This document shows positions 14,530-27,775 of a DNA stretch of 64,000 nt, piece by piece. Location of the stretch: assembly GCF_037042905.1 (NCBI RefSeq), contig NC_087252.1, positions 21,144,001 to 21,208,000 on the forward strand, written 5' to 3'. The first letter of the stretch is position 1; each line of letters starts with the position of its first letter. The notes below the pieces were generated by a model that saw nothing but the letters and a program-made list of their open reading frames with translations, had not been told where the DNA came from and did no database searches. The stretch is from Lytechinus pictus. Lineage: Eukaryota. A program made the position numbers and the translations under genes.

Positions 14530-16617
14530 AGGTAAATTCCAAGGTAAATAAGAATATACGAAGGGTTTGTAACTTTGTATCATCAAATTGAAATGGACTG
14601 TGACATGTCTACCCCACAAAACTCTTCCCTTTAATTTAAGAAATTTAAAAAACACCCCACCTCTATCTTCCCTCAGCAATTAATAATCAATAGTGCCATT
14701 CCTATGACCCTAAAATTTAATATAATTCCTGCGACAAAATGTTGTCCCTGAATATTGATCATGCATTCTTCATCGCAAGACCCGTGTTTATGGTCTAAGA
14801 AAGGGGCCGAGACAATCGCAATCAATCAAGATTTCTGTAAATGCCCTGGCAGTCGAAGCGTTTAAAGTTTTATTGATTAGTTAGATTATCACCGGGTTGT
14901 GGTGAGGATGACAGGCGCGGGGTGAGAGACGGTGAGTCTAGGAACTATCATGGGTCTAACAGAAAACTTATTTTGTATGCATTTTCGGGGGCGACTTGTT
15001 GCGACTAAAAGCTTTAATATTGTAGCGAATCGGGGTCTTCGGGGGCTCTATTTTTCATTTTTGAGCATTTCGAGACTAAATCGATGGAACCCCGTTTATT
15101 TTTCAAAACACATATATATCAGGATTTGTGTTAAAACCTGGGTTTCAGTGCAAATGAAAATTCAATAAATTCACTGCACAATTTTGCACTCTCTAAATTT
15201 TACATCACTATATCAGCATGGGGAATTACTCAGGATTATCCAACCAGTCGAACCCAGCCAACCCTAACTATGTATTCATACTTTTCATAGATCTACTGGG
15301 ATTAGCCTGGTACCATCGCACAGCATTGTACAATAGGGCATGCAGTGCACCTGCACAGAAATATACAGTCTGATAAATTACTCTAATCACTCAACTTGCC
15401 TTCGATGATTTATGTGAATGAGATCTAGGCACACATCTATAGACAAAGAAAACAATATGGGGGCTCGGGCCGATTTTGCCCCAAAAGTACTCAAAAGAGC
15501 CATGGAAACTCAAAACACGACCCCTGGGAAGTCCCCATTTGTTAAAGTTATATAGGCCTTCATGTAGCATATCCAATATAAATATTGCACATTCAGGTCA
15601 TAGGTTAATTGTGAAAACCAACCCCTCCCCCCAAAAAAAAAAAAAAAAATTAAATATTGTTTTCCTGATCATTATAATTGGTTTATACCTTCTGATCCAA
15701 GACATTTCAAATGGCTTTAATAGTAAAAGAAGCCTATGTATCATCTTATGTGACCCATGGCCACAGGAATGTTTTCCTGAATTTCTCCACCCCTCCATGC
15801 AGCATTCCCCCCCCCCCCTTCTCTTCCGTACAATGTATCCAACTTGACCATATCCCCGTTCTTTTTCACCTCTTGCCCCCTCTCCTTTTCTCTCCTAATT
15901 TTAGTCACTCTCTCTTCTCTCTGCTCAGGAAAGTTGATCACTATATTGTTTAAATCCCATTTACCATTTCACTCTCTCCTGGTGCCCATAATAATCAAGG
16001 CATCACAACCACTCCACCAAAGATCTGACCCTTATTTTGCTATCACTACATACATGTACATGTATTTTAATATGTAACCAAAATATCATTCATTTCCTCA
16101 CATATTTGAGTTTGACCAAGTCTTTACATTTAATTTCTTTTATTTGAAGTATAGAATCATTATCAAAATGATCAACATTTGAATTTTGATATGTTCAGCT
16201 GCTGTTGTGTTTGAACACATTCAATTCATCTCAATTTGATCTACATGGAGTCTTGCAGTTGCAGTCTTTTGCAGACATAGATCTAGGCCTTAATAATATA
16301 ACATTAATAATAACGTAATGCAGATGATAATTGAAGACTCAGAAGAAAGACAAGTAAATTATGCAACACTATTCACATCTCATTATCATTTACAAATGAT
16401 GATGATGCACGCCGAATTATGTACACAGGCTCCGGCAAAGGAACATACACACCACCCCCACATGTACATTGCACGTATAATATCATCCACTACCAGTATG
16501 CGTCTGGCCGCCCGCATCCTTTCTCAGATCGAAGGAGGCAGTCTGATTCGACTCGCAGCATCTCACGAAATTTTTATCCCAATCGAAGAAATCGAATGAA
16601 AATCTCACTGAACCTAC

Positions 16618-16692
16618 CTCCACATAACCAGCCGATGCCACAGAAAGTATTGCGAGTAGTAAAACCAAGTAGAAAGCGACATTCGACGCCAT
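16618..16692 (-). CDS. APP: First coding exon (signal peptide) of a secreted or membrane protein, probably the APP/APLP2 family orthologue; later exons lie left of the window
   Basis: aaaATGG start, MASNVAFYLVLLLAILSVASAGYVE, then phase-0 donor GAG|gtaggt, within a CpG-richer island. Vertebrate APLP2 exon 1 ends in ..LAGYIE at a phase-0 intron (recalled, not searched). No convincing exon 2 in 1-16617. Confidence 0.55.
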
Positions 16693-17250
16693 TTTGATGA
16701 AATTTTCCATCGAAATTCCAACGCCCTCCGCTCCTGTTTCTACGTCGATTCCAATTTATTTATTCCAAGTGTCCGTTCAGCGCGAGTACGTGTGTATGGT
16801 ACGAGCTAGCTACACCGACTGTGCTGGGCGAAATTCTCGCAAGCGATTCTCAAATACGGCCTACACGAATCCAGCGAGTGTGTATTCTTGTGTGCATAAT
16901 ATTCGTTCCCCCTCTTCTCCCCTCTCTCTGCTCCGCTCTCTTGTGGCCGTGGATGTATAGATAAATGCGATCCGCGATGTTTATGACGTCAAATCTTTAA
17001 TTACAACACGCCGTTATGAATGGTCAGCTTTTTCAGACAGGTGACAATTTGATCCACTCTTATTTACGAATGCTCTTTGGTGGAAGATCGACTTTTTTTT
17101 AATGAAAGATCTCCGGACCCCGCTACCTGAATTACGCGAATGTATTACATTTCATAAAAAATACGCGGTTGAGCTATTTAGGGGAAGTCCGGTTTTTGTC
17201 GCGCTTTGTTTGTAAACAAACCACAAACTCGGGGCCCGAAAAGTCTCGAA
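16693..17250 (-). promoter_or_regulatory. 5' UTR and proximal promoter of the APP-like gene
   Basis: CpG-rich, repeat-free stretch; perfect CRE palindrome TGACGTCA at 16984-16991; GCCATTTT (YY1-type) motif over the start codon. Confidence 0.5.
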
Positions 17251-17411
17251 TCTCCTAATTATCATTTTGCTTCTGAATTTCAGGTCGCCGATATTTTAAA
17301 TTCTTTCCTTTTTTTTTAACTTGTAATCCCTTGTACTTCTATTTTTTCCAAATATTTTGTCCAAGGCTTTGCATTTTTTTTCATTTATATTGACTATGTA
17401 TGCCCATTTCA

Positions 17412-17545
17412 GGGGAGCGTTTCATGAAAGTCCCACTTTATCCGACAGTTACTATAGTAACAGTGCCTCTCAGCCAATCAGAATCAAGGAAAGATGTCAG
17501 ATCTGACAACTTGTTGGATGAAAATGTTGATGAAACACTCCCCTG
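17412..17545. mobile_element. Short MITE
   Basis: ggggagcgtttcatgaa / tgatgaaacactcccc TIRs. Confidence 0.65.
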
Positions 17546-18019
17546 GCCATCTTCAATTTTGTTTCTTCATGTAGGCCTATAGAGTAGGCCCATTGCCCCA
17601 TTGTGGGGTAGATATCCTACTGCCCCCAAGAAAATAGGAAAGTTATGTATTTAATGAATTATCATAATATGTTTGAAATATTCAAACATGTCAACCAATT
17701 AATATTTCGTTAATCATTATGTCCTTTTCTTGCTTTTTACCTTTTAGTCTCTTTTCTTAAAGAACACGCCAGTGAACAATCATTTACAGACGTATTTTAA
17801 ACATTTTTCTTCCAAGTTTATTATGAATGATAACAAAAAAACAGTGTATTATAATCTTGCTAATTAATAGGAGTTGTGTTTTATTTTATTTGTGTGCTGG
17901 TTTGCTGGTTTTTTGTCAGTGCATTAAAAGTTCGTTTTATTTGGTTTTCCTTGTTTTCTTTAGGGCCTACTCTTAATTTGCCCCCCCCCCCTCTCCCCCC
18001 TCTCTCACTCTCCACCGCC

Positions 18020-19210
18020 CAGGCGCGTAGCCAGGGGGGGCGGTGGGGGCGGTCGCCCCCCCCCCCAAAACGTCCCCAAAAATAAAATAAAAAAAAGGGA
18101 AAAAAGAGAGGAAAAAAAGAAAAGGGAAGGTAGGAAAGGGAAGAAAGGTAGCTTTGTCGGGTTTTTGTTCTTTTTTTTTTCTCAAAAGAGAAACTCCTTC
18201 ACTCTTGCTCTAAATTTATATATGAATTTTGCTTCCGCGCTGCGCGCGGTTAAATGACAATAATTGATGTTTCTCCATTGTTTCCCCCACCCTTTCTCTA
18301 ACCCTGCTTTTCCACCTCAGCTATATGTGTTTCTTGCCAGTTAAAGTTCAAATGTATAGAATAGGGCATGGAATTCGAGTAAGGTTAGGCCGAAGTATAT
18401 GAAGTTATCTTTTTTTTTAATTGATCGCGCAACCTCTGGTCCGGTCGGCTCCGGGCGGGTAAAATCTTTATATAAATTTTTGCCGTCACCTCCATAAAGT
18501 CAACTTCTCCTGCTTTTCAGGTCATCACTAAACAACCATAATTTGGGGCAAACAGGTTCCTAATTTAAAAAGAGGAATGTATAAAATTCGTGTCGTATTA
18601 AATAAAAAAGTACAATATTTTTTTTTCAAATTCTATTAATCTTCATGTTATTTCCCTGCACATTCATCTCCTGTCCTGTTGTTTGCCCTCAGTGTGAAAT
18701 TTTGAATGACACTTAGGTTTCTTTATAATTCAAATGAAGCGCTTCAGGATAAGTCAAAGAAATTAGGCATCCTTTTTTATATAATTTTAATAAATCACAG
18801 AAGTTTCAACTTTTTGCGCACTATTTTCCTTGTAATGAAGTTCAATAATCTTAGGAAATCAATTGAATTAGAACCGCTTTAGCTTCCGCGCTTCGCGCGG
18901 GGTTATTATGATTTTAATTTCCTCCATTGTATTCCTTTTTGTGCGTTCACAATCACTTTTGAAAACAAGGTTCAAAATCACAATATAGTCAACTGAATTG
19001 GAGCTGATATAGGTACTAGAGACAAGAGAGACGGCTTCTTTTCATTTTAATTTATGAAACACCAAAAGCTTCGCGCTTCGCGCGGGAGGGGGAATCTCCC
19101 CCTCCCTGCACCCACCCCCTAGGGCGCGCGCTTCGCACGCTCTGTAAGTGTTGGCACGCTTTGCGTGCATTTACCGCCCCCTCCAAAATGAAATCCTGGC
19201 TACGCGGTTG
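18020..19210. mobile_element. hAT-like non-autonomous element with an 8-bp TSD
   Basis: ccaccgcc|caggcgcgtagccagg...cctggctacgcggttg|ccaccgcc. Confidence 0.85.
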
Positions 19211-20491
19211 CCACCGCCCTCCCCTCCCCCTCTCTCTCTTCCTATCCCTCTCTTTCCATGTATACACACAAATAAATACCCTTAAACGGCCATACTGTTT
19301 TTTGTGTATGGCCTAAAGTGAAACCAATTTGGGATGAAATCATTTCTCATATTAATAAAAAAGAAAGCACCAATATTGCACCTTTCACTTTACAGAAAAT
19401 GTTTGGTATAGGGCCTACTACATGATTTTTTAACTTATATGTTTCTCCTGTTGAAATATTACATATATGTCGGTAATTTTTTAAAAATAAATCCTTGAGT
19501 GTCTTTGGTTTCAATGCTTTGTTGAAATGTAACATAGAATATTATTTTGCCATGGAAAAAAAAAACTCACTCCCCATTTCCATAAGTGGAGATTTGATTT
19601 GAGTACCTAATTCTAATAATGTTTCACTTCCGGTTGCTTTGTGAATAAATATTTTTCCCCTTTTTCATATCATATATTCAATAAATATTGAAAGATAAAA
19701 AAAGTAGTTTATGACCACTGTAGAAAGATGACTGCTACACATAAACATTTCCCGGACACACGTTTGAATGCATATTAACATAATTCAATTTCAATAGAAT
19801 ATAACAAACAAAATACAAGCAAGGATTAAATTATCATTTATTTTCCATCTTTTACATGTATTTGCGTTTTCAATTTCATTCTTATGCGAGAAATAATGGA
19901 CCACCCACTGATCTGTAGATTTTTTTTGTACATGTATCTCCATACATTCCGAGAACTTACTGCCGTCATTTTCGTATAGCGCCCTCTCTGGAAATCTACA
20001 GCACAACTTCCTCGAATCAAAGCGTTCGCTATTTTCGATTGATTGCTTTCGATATGATTTTCTTACCGATTTACTTTTCATTGTATTGTGTTATGATATG
20101 ACGTAGCTTACTTTTGTTTCCTCTAGTAACCAGCTATTCAATACAGTTCAATATTTACAACGACAGATCAATTTACCAATTGACTTACAACATAAATTTA
20201 GATCAATTTTGTAGGCCTACAATACCGGAATAACAGCAAAACAAATGATAGGATAGGAAAGGAAATGAAAGGAAAGGGGACCTAATAAAAGCAAACATTG
20301 AAGACCACCTTGCTAAGAATGTTCTATAAATTATCATAAATGAAAAAATCAAAATAGATATCAAAAACTAAAATAAATACATAGATAAATTATTCATCTC
20401 CTTCCGAACTTCCTTTCAACTACGCCCCTGCTCAGTCACACGAACAGAACCAACTCCTAACCGACCAATGGTATGTCATTGGTAATAACAT

Positions 20492-21459
20492 TGTCACGTT
20501 GAAAATGCAATATCTTTGATTTAAATGACTAAAATCTATTAATTACTCTTACAAAAAAGTGTAAGTTGAATCAAAGTCAGTGAGAGAGGGAGAGAGAAAG
20601 TTATCTATTGAATGTGCCATTGATGGTGAGGAGTTATTCAGCTGTGCAAGACATAACTGTCTTGGCCTAGCATTGTGTCTTTTGAATAGGAGGCATAGCA
20701 ATGCACCTAATTGGGTGTAATACATTGTAGGTGGATTGCTAGTGTACAGAGAGTGGACACACCTCAACTTGAACGCCATGAGGAAAGGAGAGTTGGTTCT
20801 TGCTGCTCTGAAAACGCAGTTGAAGATAATTTGTCTTTTTTGAACTTGCTAATATTATGCAAGAACTACTAATTTTTCTAATCCAAGGGTAGAAGAGTTA
20901 GCATGTTACATCAGTGTAAACTTAACAATTTTTCAAGCCTGTGAAACTCAAGCCATCGATGGCACGTGATGTTGGGACTTAGGACGAAATACATAATCTG
21001 GATGACTGAGTTGGCGGTTTGAACTACATCGAAGTCAAGTCACCCGCACGGCAGTTCCAAACCTTCGATTTAAAGGCAGACTGTCAGCAATCGTTGAACT
21101 GGTGAGCTGTATCAAAGCCAGATAATGCTTGAAATGAAACTGTTATACAGAGAAAAGATGTCAATTTTATGAAGAAAACCTGAACTGAGACGTTATAACT
21201 CTTCGATTGTCAGTTAAGACAATGTTTTTAATTATTTTTTTCGTCGATGCTTTCATTGTTGAAGGGCGAGTGGCCCAGGCCAGAAGGCCTATATATTCGA
21301 GTTCGTGCACTGAACAAATTGTAGAAGTTGATTGTAGAAGTTGATTGTAGAAGTTGATTGTAGGAGTTAAAACTCGACACAGTTCTGGTGTCCGTTTCAA
21401 CTCGTTTATTTGGGACCTTTCGCAATCCTCACGGACGCTAATATTAGGGTCCCCTAACA
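20492..21459. mobile_element. Possible solo LTR
   Basis: TG...CA ends (tgtcacg...cctaaca), distinct base composition, internal 13-bp repeat gttgattgtagaa; no TSD found. Confidence 0.3.
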
Positions 21460-22058
21460 CAAAAGTTAACGCTTAATCATACACTTGATTTTTAAGATTG
21501 AATGTGCATTATAGTCAATAGAATCAAACGTAGAAAACTGCTCTACAATCAATGCTAAACTTTGTGTTACAGGGGGGTTACAGGCCCTACAGATCTGCTT
21601 TTCGTGTGCAAAATCCTTTTCTGCGACACTCGCACCATACATAGCATGTATATTACGACTGATGGTTTGAGATATTCGAAATGAAGACCTAAAATAGATT
21701 ATGACATGGATAAGAAAGTGGTTTTTCAAACAAATCGAGTACATATTGAGTGAGGTAAAACTTACTGAATGAAGGCTTAGATATAGATCATTACAGTCCA
21801 TCGAATCGATATTACATTTAATGTGGATTATTGGTGTATCACTGGCAATTGATTTCATGGGTCAGATCAACCTCTCCAGCCGAACATTTCGCGTGAGTTG
21901 ATATGTGCACACCATTATGTAATACATTTGAACTCGTTTCTTTTTGTTTCTTTTGTTTCTTTTGTTTATTCCTTCTACACAAACGATATGCCTCTCGCAC
22001 ACGATGTAATGGGCATTATGTTTTACTTCCCCCAGAAATGGGGATTAGATTCAAATTC

Positions 22059-22341
22059 CGGGGGGACCACTTCCATTAATGAGTGGATACCAGGCACGAC
22101 CATGGGGTTTCGAAAAATACCCTAAACAAGCTGGGAAGTAATTCTTTTCCAGATTATGAAAATGCATCTCTTAACAAGAATTTGGCTTGTGAAACCCTAC
22201 AAGTATTGGATATCCCTTTTTTGTCAGCATTTTAAACATCGTTTTGACACCCTTATAACGTTACATAGGCCTATACGTAACGTACGTACCTGCCCACTCT
22301 GTCCCCTTTTACGCGTGGTCGCTCCTGGGATCCACTAATCA
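22059..22341. mobile_element. MITE with CCGGGG-type TIRs
   Basis: ccgggggaccacttccattaatgagtggat / atccactaatcaatggaagtgggccccccgg. Confidence 0.7.
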
Positions 22342-23257
22342 ATGGAAGTGGGCCCCCCGGGCGGCCTCTCGAGCTCTAGGAGGAGTCAAATGTGGCTTTG
22401 GAAAGTCGTCCTCAATGAGATATATCGCTGTTACCATAGTAGCAACCAAAATTTTGCACACGAAACGCATATTGAATGTTTCCGTCGCAGATGCGAAACG
22501 AAAAAAAAATCTCATGTCACACAATTTGCATTGCAGGACGACCATGATTACGGGCCCAAAAAGTCTCTTCCAAAATCAACTAACGTCGTAAATAAGCGTG
22601 CGCGTCCTCAAACGAAAGGTCCGGATTGACCGGTGTAGAGAGCTTATAATATTCGAATTGAGAGTTGACTGACAGTATAGGATGGTATGAGAAATATTAA
22701 ATACTAAAGTGATATCTAAACAGTCCTATAGGTACAAGAATTATATGCCAAGTGGTGAAGGATAGATAGGCTAATTCAGGGCCTAATCCCATCATTGTTG
22801 GATCGAGTGAGGTATATGTATGGATAGTGAGACAATATATTCACTTAATGCTAATTGTGCTAAATAAACACTGATGATTGTTCTTTATGCTAAATGGCAT
22901 GTGTTGAATCTCTATCATTTGAGTCTCCATGTGACAAACATAATAGCTTTGATCGTTCCGATATCGGTTTTGCTGGTGCGACTGTTGCATAGCTTCGTTC
23001 GACAGAAGCAATGAATCGCTTTGTTTTGTTGTTTCATATTTCCTGTCTTTTATTTTGCATTTTCTTTAATTTTTAAGGCATTTTTAGAATTACATTTATT
23101 TTTTCCTGTATATGCTTTTAAAAAAATTAAGTTTCTTTTCTTTCTTTTTTGCTTTTATTTTCCATTTTCCCCTGGTCTGCAGGCACAGACCCTGATTGAA
23201 ACTTTGATCAACAAGTGTGTCTTAACACATAGACTAGAATATACAGATAAAACTTAT

Positions 23258-23568
23258 GGGCCCGTATTCTGAAGTCTGGTTTAATTTAAACTCGGGTTTA
23301 AAGTTGTGGTTTAAGTATGGGAAGCCAAAAGTATCAACATTTTTATTAAGTTGTATGTTTCTTATGTTTACTCTGCTCTTTCCTGATTCATCGATGGTCA
23401 CGAAGACAATAATCTTTTCATTTCCTAGACAATTATGAATGATTTGAGAGCCAAATGAGCTGAAGTATATCTCTACTGTTAATTATTTATGTAACAATTG
23501 GCTGTCCATACTTAAACCACAACTTTAAACCTGAGTTTAAGTTAAACCCGACTTCAGAATACGGGCCA
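23258..23568. mobile_element. Harbinger-like MITE, copy 1
   Basis: ggcccgtattctgaagtc...gacttcagaatacgggcc; near-identical copy at 47043-47350. Confidence 0.85.
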
Positions 23569-24734
23569 CAGTGTCAATTCCTGAGCGAGAGGGCATTCTG
23601 TACAGAAGTCATCGTAGGCTATGGCTTCAGACCACTTAACTAGAGTGAAAGATTTACACAGCGTAATAATTCTCCAATGCATCGTTTTGTTTTGGGTTGT
23701 TTTATGTATTTAATTTTTTACAGTAATCATTTTAATAATTTTTCTTTGGTTCTTATTTTTCTTTCATCTATCCGCATTCCTTCTCAATTTTTCACTAGGA
23801 ATTTTTCATTCTCTAACAACGACGGAAGTTAATAGTTTTGATGAATAACATACCAATGGAAAAGGGTTAATTCTTTAGTTAAAAATATATCGACTTGCAA
23901 TTCAGAAACCACAGGACATGGATAGATCAAACATGATATTCACACTGGACACCTCTACGGTGTTAGGTGTTCAAGGTGTGTACACATAGTGTGGACTCTG
24001 TGAAGATGTGATTCACACTGTGGACACCTTTTGTAAGTGTTCACAGTGTGTTCACTTGTAGTAAACTCAGTGAATGTGTGGTTAATAATTAATTGCAGCA
24101 TTTTAATAGCGTGAAGACGATTTCACATGTGTTCCACACTGTGAATAAACTGTGTTCTTTCTAACTGAGCTTTGAATTGACGTGCGTTTGTCGGGTTGAT
24201 TGATATATGATCATTCACTGTCAGAAGCATATTGATTAATTATATTATTCTATTGAATAGCTGGAGAATGTGGAGGCATCTGGAGGCTCGTAATATCGCT
24301 CATTTCATTTTCTTTTTCTTTCTTTTTATACATACATTTCACTGGATTTATGCCCAAGTTGTCATCCTGTTGTACTTGTGTTTGGGGGGGGGGGGGGGTT
24401 TACATCATTTATTTTGTTAACAGCCTCCTCCTAAATATTCGAATTTAGCATAGACGAATCCATGCCACCTAAAATGGAAACTGAAAGGTCGCCCTCCGGA
24501 GGTAATGCCATGTTTGATTTTCCAGTCGACTTTAAAATGCAGAGATTTCATGCTCGCTCACCATAGGCTACTCGTGTTTCGGGAGTCTTAAGAAGATGCT
24601 GGTGTGATGGTCTCAGGCTATAAGCTGGTTAATAAAGCATGACGAGGTCTTGTAAATATTTAGGTGCCATACCATTTCAATCTTTCTAAGTGAGAAGGTC
24701 ATATCAATAATTTTAGCACGCGCTTCGCGCTTAA

Positions 24735-25087
24735 AGTGATTGGTTAACATTGGTTTGACTTTAAAAAAATCTGAGCTAGAAGGTCACACTTGTCACCTGT
24801 GTCTGTGATATGTTACAAAAATGAAGCCCAGTAAAAATTGCGTTCGAAAATAATTATTTAGTGCTTCAAAAATTGAAATATAAAGTGACCGAAAACACCA
24901 TCTTAATTTCATCCAATACACTTATGTGTAATTTACAAAATCGGGGTTTGCCTTGTAGTTTTAGCTTTTCATTCTCAATAATGGTTGTTTTCAGGGTTTA
25001 TTAGTTCTAATACATGCACTTGTACACATGTTTCATCTTGGTTTGATAATTTTTTTAATCGGCTGCTCACAAAGTTAAACAATACCT
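24735..25087. mobile_element. Kolobok-like MITE
   Basis: ttaa|agtgattggttaac...gttaaacaatacct|ttaa. Confidence 0.55.
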
Positions 25088-25757
25088 TTAAATAATTGAT
25101 CTATTCCTTACGAAGTACCATGGCATTTGTAAAAAAAATCATGCTTTTATGTACCTGAAACTTAAGTCTTAGGTATTACTCCTCCTTTGAACTAAAAAAA
25201 AAAGATCAAAATTGTGTTAAAATAACGATCTGTACAATTCGGGTTCCGCAAATGTAGCTTAACAAACAAATGGTACATTAAACAAAACAATAATACATAA
25301 CTAATTATGTAAATAAATAATTTACATGAATAAATATTTTCAATAAAATGGTGTGCGTATTGTTTAATGTTCACGCTCTTGCATCAAAATTTAACACCGC
25401 ATTTTCCAAATAGGCCCTCTTGGAGACCTGTACAACGTAAGCCACCGTGGGCCTGTTTCATTAGATAACGTTGACACGATATTGTAAGCATTCATTTTAA
25501 AGACTGCGGATTCAAATTCAAAATAAGAATTGTAGCCCGAAAGGGAAATATTGACCTTTCAAGCATTGGGTGAAGGGGGGTGAAGGGAGACAAACTTAAC
25601 AAATAAATCAGATTTTACTAACATATTTTGGTTGACTGTGATCAAATCGAATTGCGAACTGTCTCATTAATCAATTAATCATTCAAAATCGCACATAATT
25701 ACCCAACTGAAGGGGTAAAATATGTTCTTAAGCAGTTGTTTAACTTACTTAAAAAAA

Positions 25758-26340
25758 AGGAGAATGAAACTCTTGGAGCAAGTTAGCTTTTGTGAAAGCA
25801 GAAAAATCAAAGAATAAGATCAACAAAACTTTGTGTAAAATAGGACTAGCAATAAAAGAGTTATGAGCATTTGAATGTCGAGATCACTAATGCTATGGAG
25901 ATCCTCCCATTGGCAATGCGACCAAGATCTGTGATGTCACACACGTACAACTCTCCCATTCGGACACTGAAAATATACCCCAAAACATCTCTTTTTGCTC
26001 ATTCTAATCATATGACAAACGATTCATCAATGATATAATGTTGTGAAACCTCTGTACTTGTCCTCTCATAAAGAGAACACCTCACCTTGTGATAGATTCT
26101 ATAAAAGTGAGAATATAAGTGAAATAAGTACTAAAGCAATGAGGGAGTTGTACGTGTGTGACATCACAGATCTTGGTCGCATTGCCAATGGGAGGATCTA
26201 CATGGCATTAGTGATCTCAATATTCAAATGCTCATTACTTTCTTATTATTCATTCAATCTTCCTCAAACTTTCAACAATATGTTTCTTTGATTTTTCTCT
26301 TTGATATGGATTCAGCTGGTTTCAAGGGTTTCATTCTCCT
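25758..26340. mobile_element. Kolobok-like MITE flanked by a 157-bp direct duplication
   Basis: aggagaatgaaac...gtttcattctcct|ttaa; long internal inverted repeats; flanks 25596-25752 and 26341-26497 are near-identical. Confidence 0.85.
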
Positions 26341-27245
26341 TTAACAAATAAATCAGATTTTACTAACATATTTTGGTTGACTGTGATTAAATCCAATTGC
26401 GAACTGTCTCATTAATCAATTAATCATTCAAAATCGCACATAATTACCCAACTGGAAAGGTAAAATATGTTCTTAAGCAGTTGGTTAACTTACTTAACTA
26501 ATCACGATTTAAGTCGTTACGCGACCTAAGTTGGTTAGAGTTCACCCAACTGCTGTGTTTTCCTAAGTGAATTCGCAGTTACTAAACTAAACAAACTTGT
26601 ACACATTTTTTAGAATGCACTGTCGTTGTATAAAGTAGATCACTACCAACATACACGTGTATAAAAAAAAAACATAAATTGACTTAACTAAACAAACACA
26701 TAATAATATACACATTTTTTAGAATGCAATGTCGTTGTATAAAGTAGATCACTGGCAACATTACATGTATATTAAAAAACACGTACAAATTGTTGTTTAT
26801 ATAGTCATGCTCCATCTATCTATCTTTAGTGCCTTATACTAGTTTTCAAGTGAATTTCATCAAAGCTAAGGAGAATTTTAGTTCATATTCTTTTTACATC
26901 CTTTCTAATCTAAACATATACATTCTGGAAATGGTAATGGTACACTGTTAAAAAGGCATACAATAATAAAAGGTAATTACATTACCCGTTACAACGATAT
27001 GAAATTATATCGACTATGATATGAACTTATATTTCCGAACCATTTCATAGAACAAAGAATGCACAGGTTCAGACTCTCAACGCTAGTACCGACACGTTGA
27101 CGGGTCGTACTCCCGTATTCACAGTGTGGAATAAATGCGGTCAGCTATAGGGCCTACACCCTCAAAAGGGCTGCAAAATATCCACTCTATGTATATTAAT
27201 TTTTATCCTGTTAATCACCCAATTATGCTAAACCATCAACATCAT

Positions 27246-27775
27246 CTACAAAATATTTTCGTAATCTTCAATGGCCACCGTTGGTCGATTCCGGGATCCC
27301 GAACCGTCTTCTTCTGAACCGGCTGCCTTCGCTGGAAAGTTGAGTCCAGTATAAAGAGAAATACCACCACGAGATCCATCAAGAGATTCATAATTAGAAT
27401 CAACACCTTGCCCTGTCCGATCTTCCTCACCAACAACTGTCGAATGATTTCCGGATCCTGAACCGTATTCTTCTGAACCGGCTACCTTCGCTGGAAAGTT
27501 GAGTCCAGTATAAAGAGAAATTCCACCACGAGGTCCATCAAGAGATTCGTAATTAGAACCAAAACCCTGCCCTGTCGGATCTTCCTCATCAGTCCCTTTT
27601 GACGTTCTACCTTTATGGCATTGAACTTGCATTCTGTTCCGGTTTTGCTTCAGTCGGAGGCAAAGAACAATGATGACGGCCACGGAGAGGAACAGAAAGA
27701 TCGCCGACCCGGCAACAACCCCAAGCAGGATGAACATTGGAAGCATATTGAGTACACCTGCGGTTGAGTTCAGAA
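27246..27775 (-). CDS. Receptor gene A, last coding exon: TM helix plus cytoplasmic tail with two 53-aa tyrosine-motif repeats
   Basis: Acceptor ttcacctag|TT (an alternative in-frame cag| starts at 27757); MFILLGVVAGSAIFLFLSVAVIIVLCL followed by basic RLKQNRNR; SNYESL-x9-YTGL twice; ends IEDYENIL*. Confidence 0.85.
27260..27590 (-). repeat. 159-bp in-frame tandem duplication inside the cytoplasmic exon
   Basis: cttctgaaccggct at 27311 and 27470 (offset 159 nt = 53 codons). Confidence 0.9.

Noticed and set aside
23935..24150. cacactgtg-rich repeats, also present at 29210-29730 in inverted orientation around the TM exon
   Set aside because: Degenerate dispersed minisatellite-like repeat; no evidence that they form RSS-like signals or one composite element
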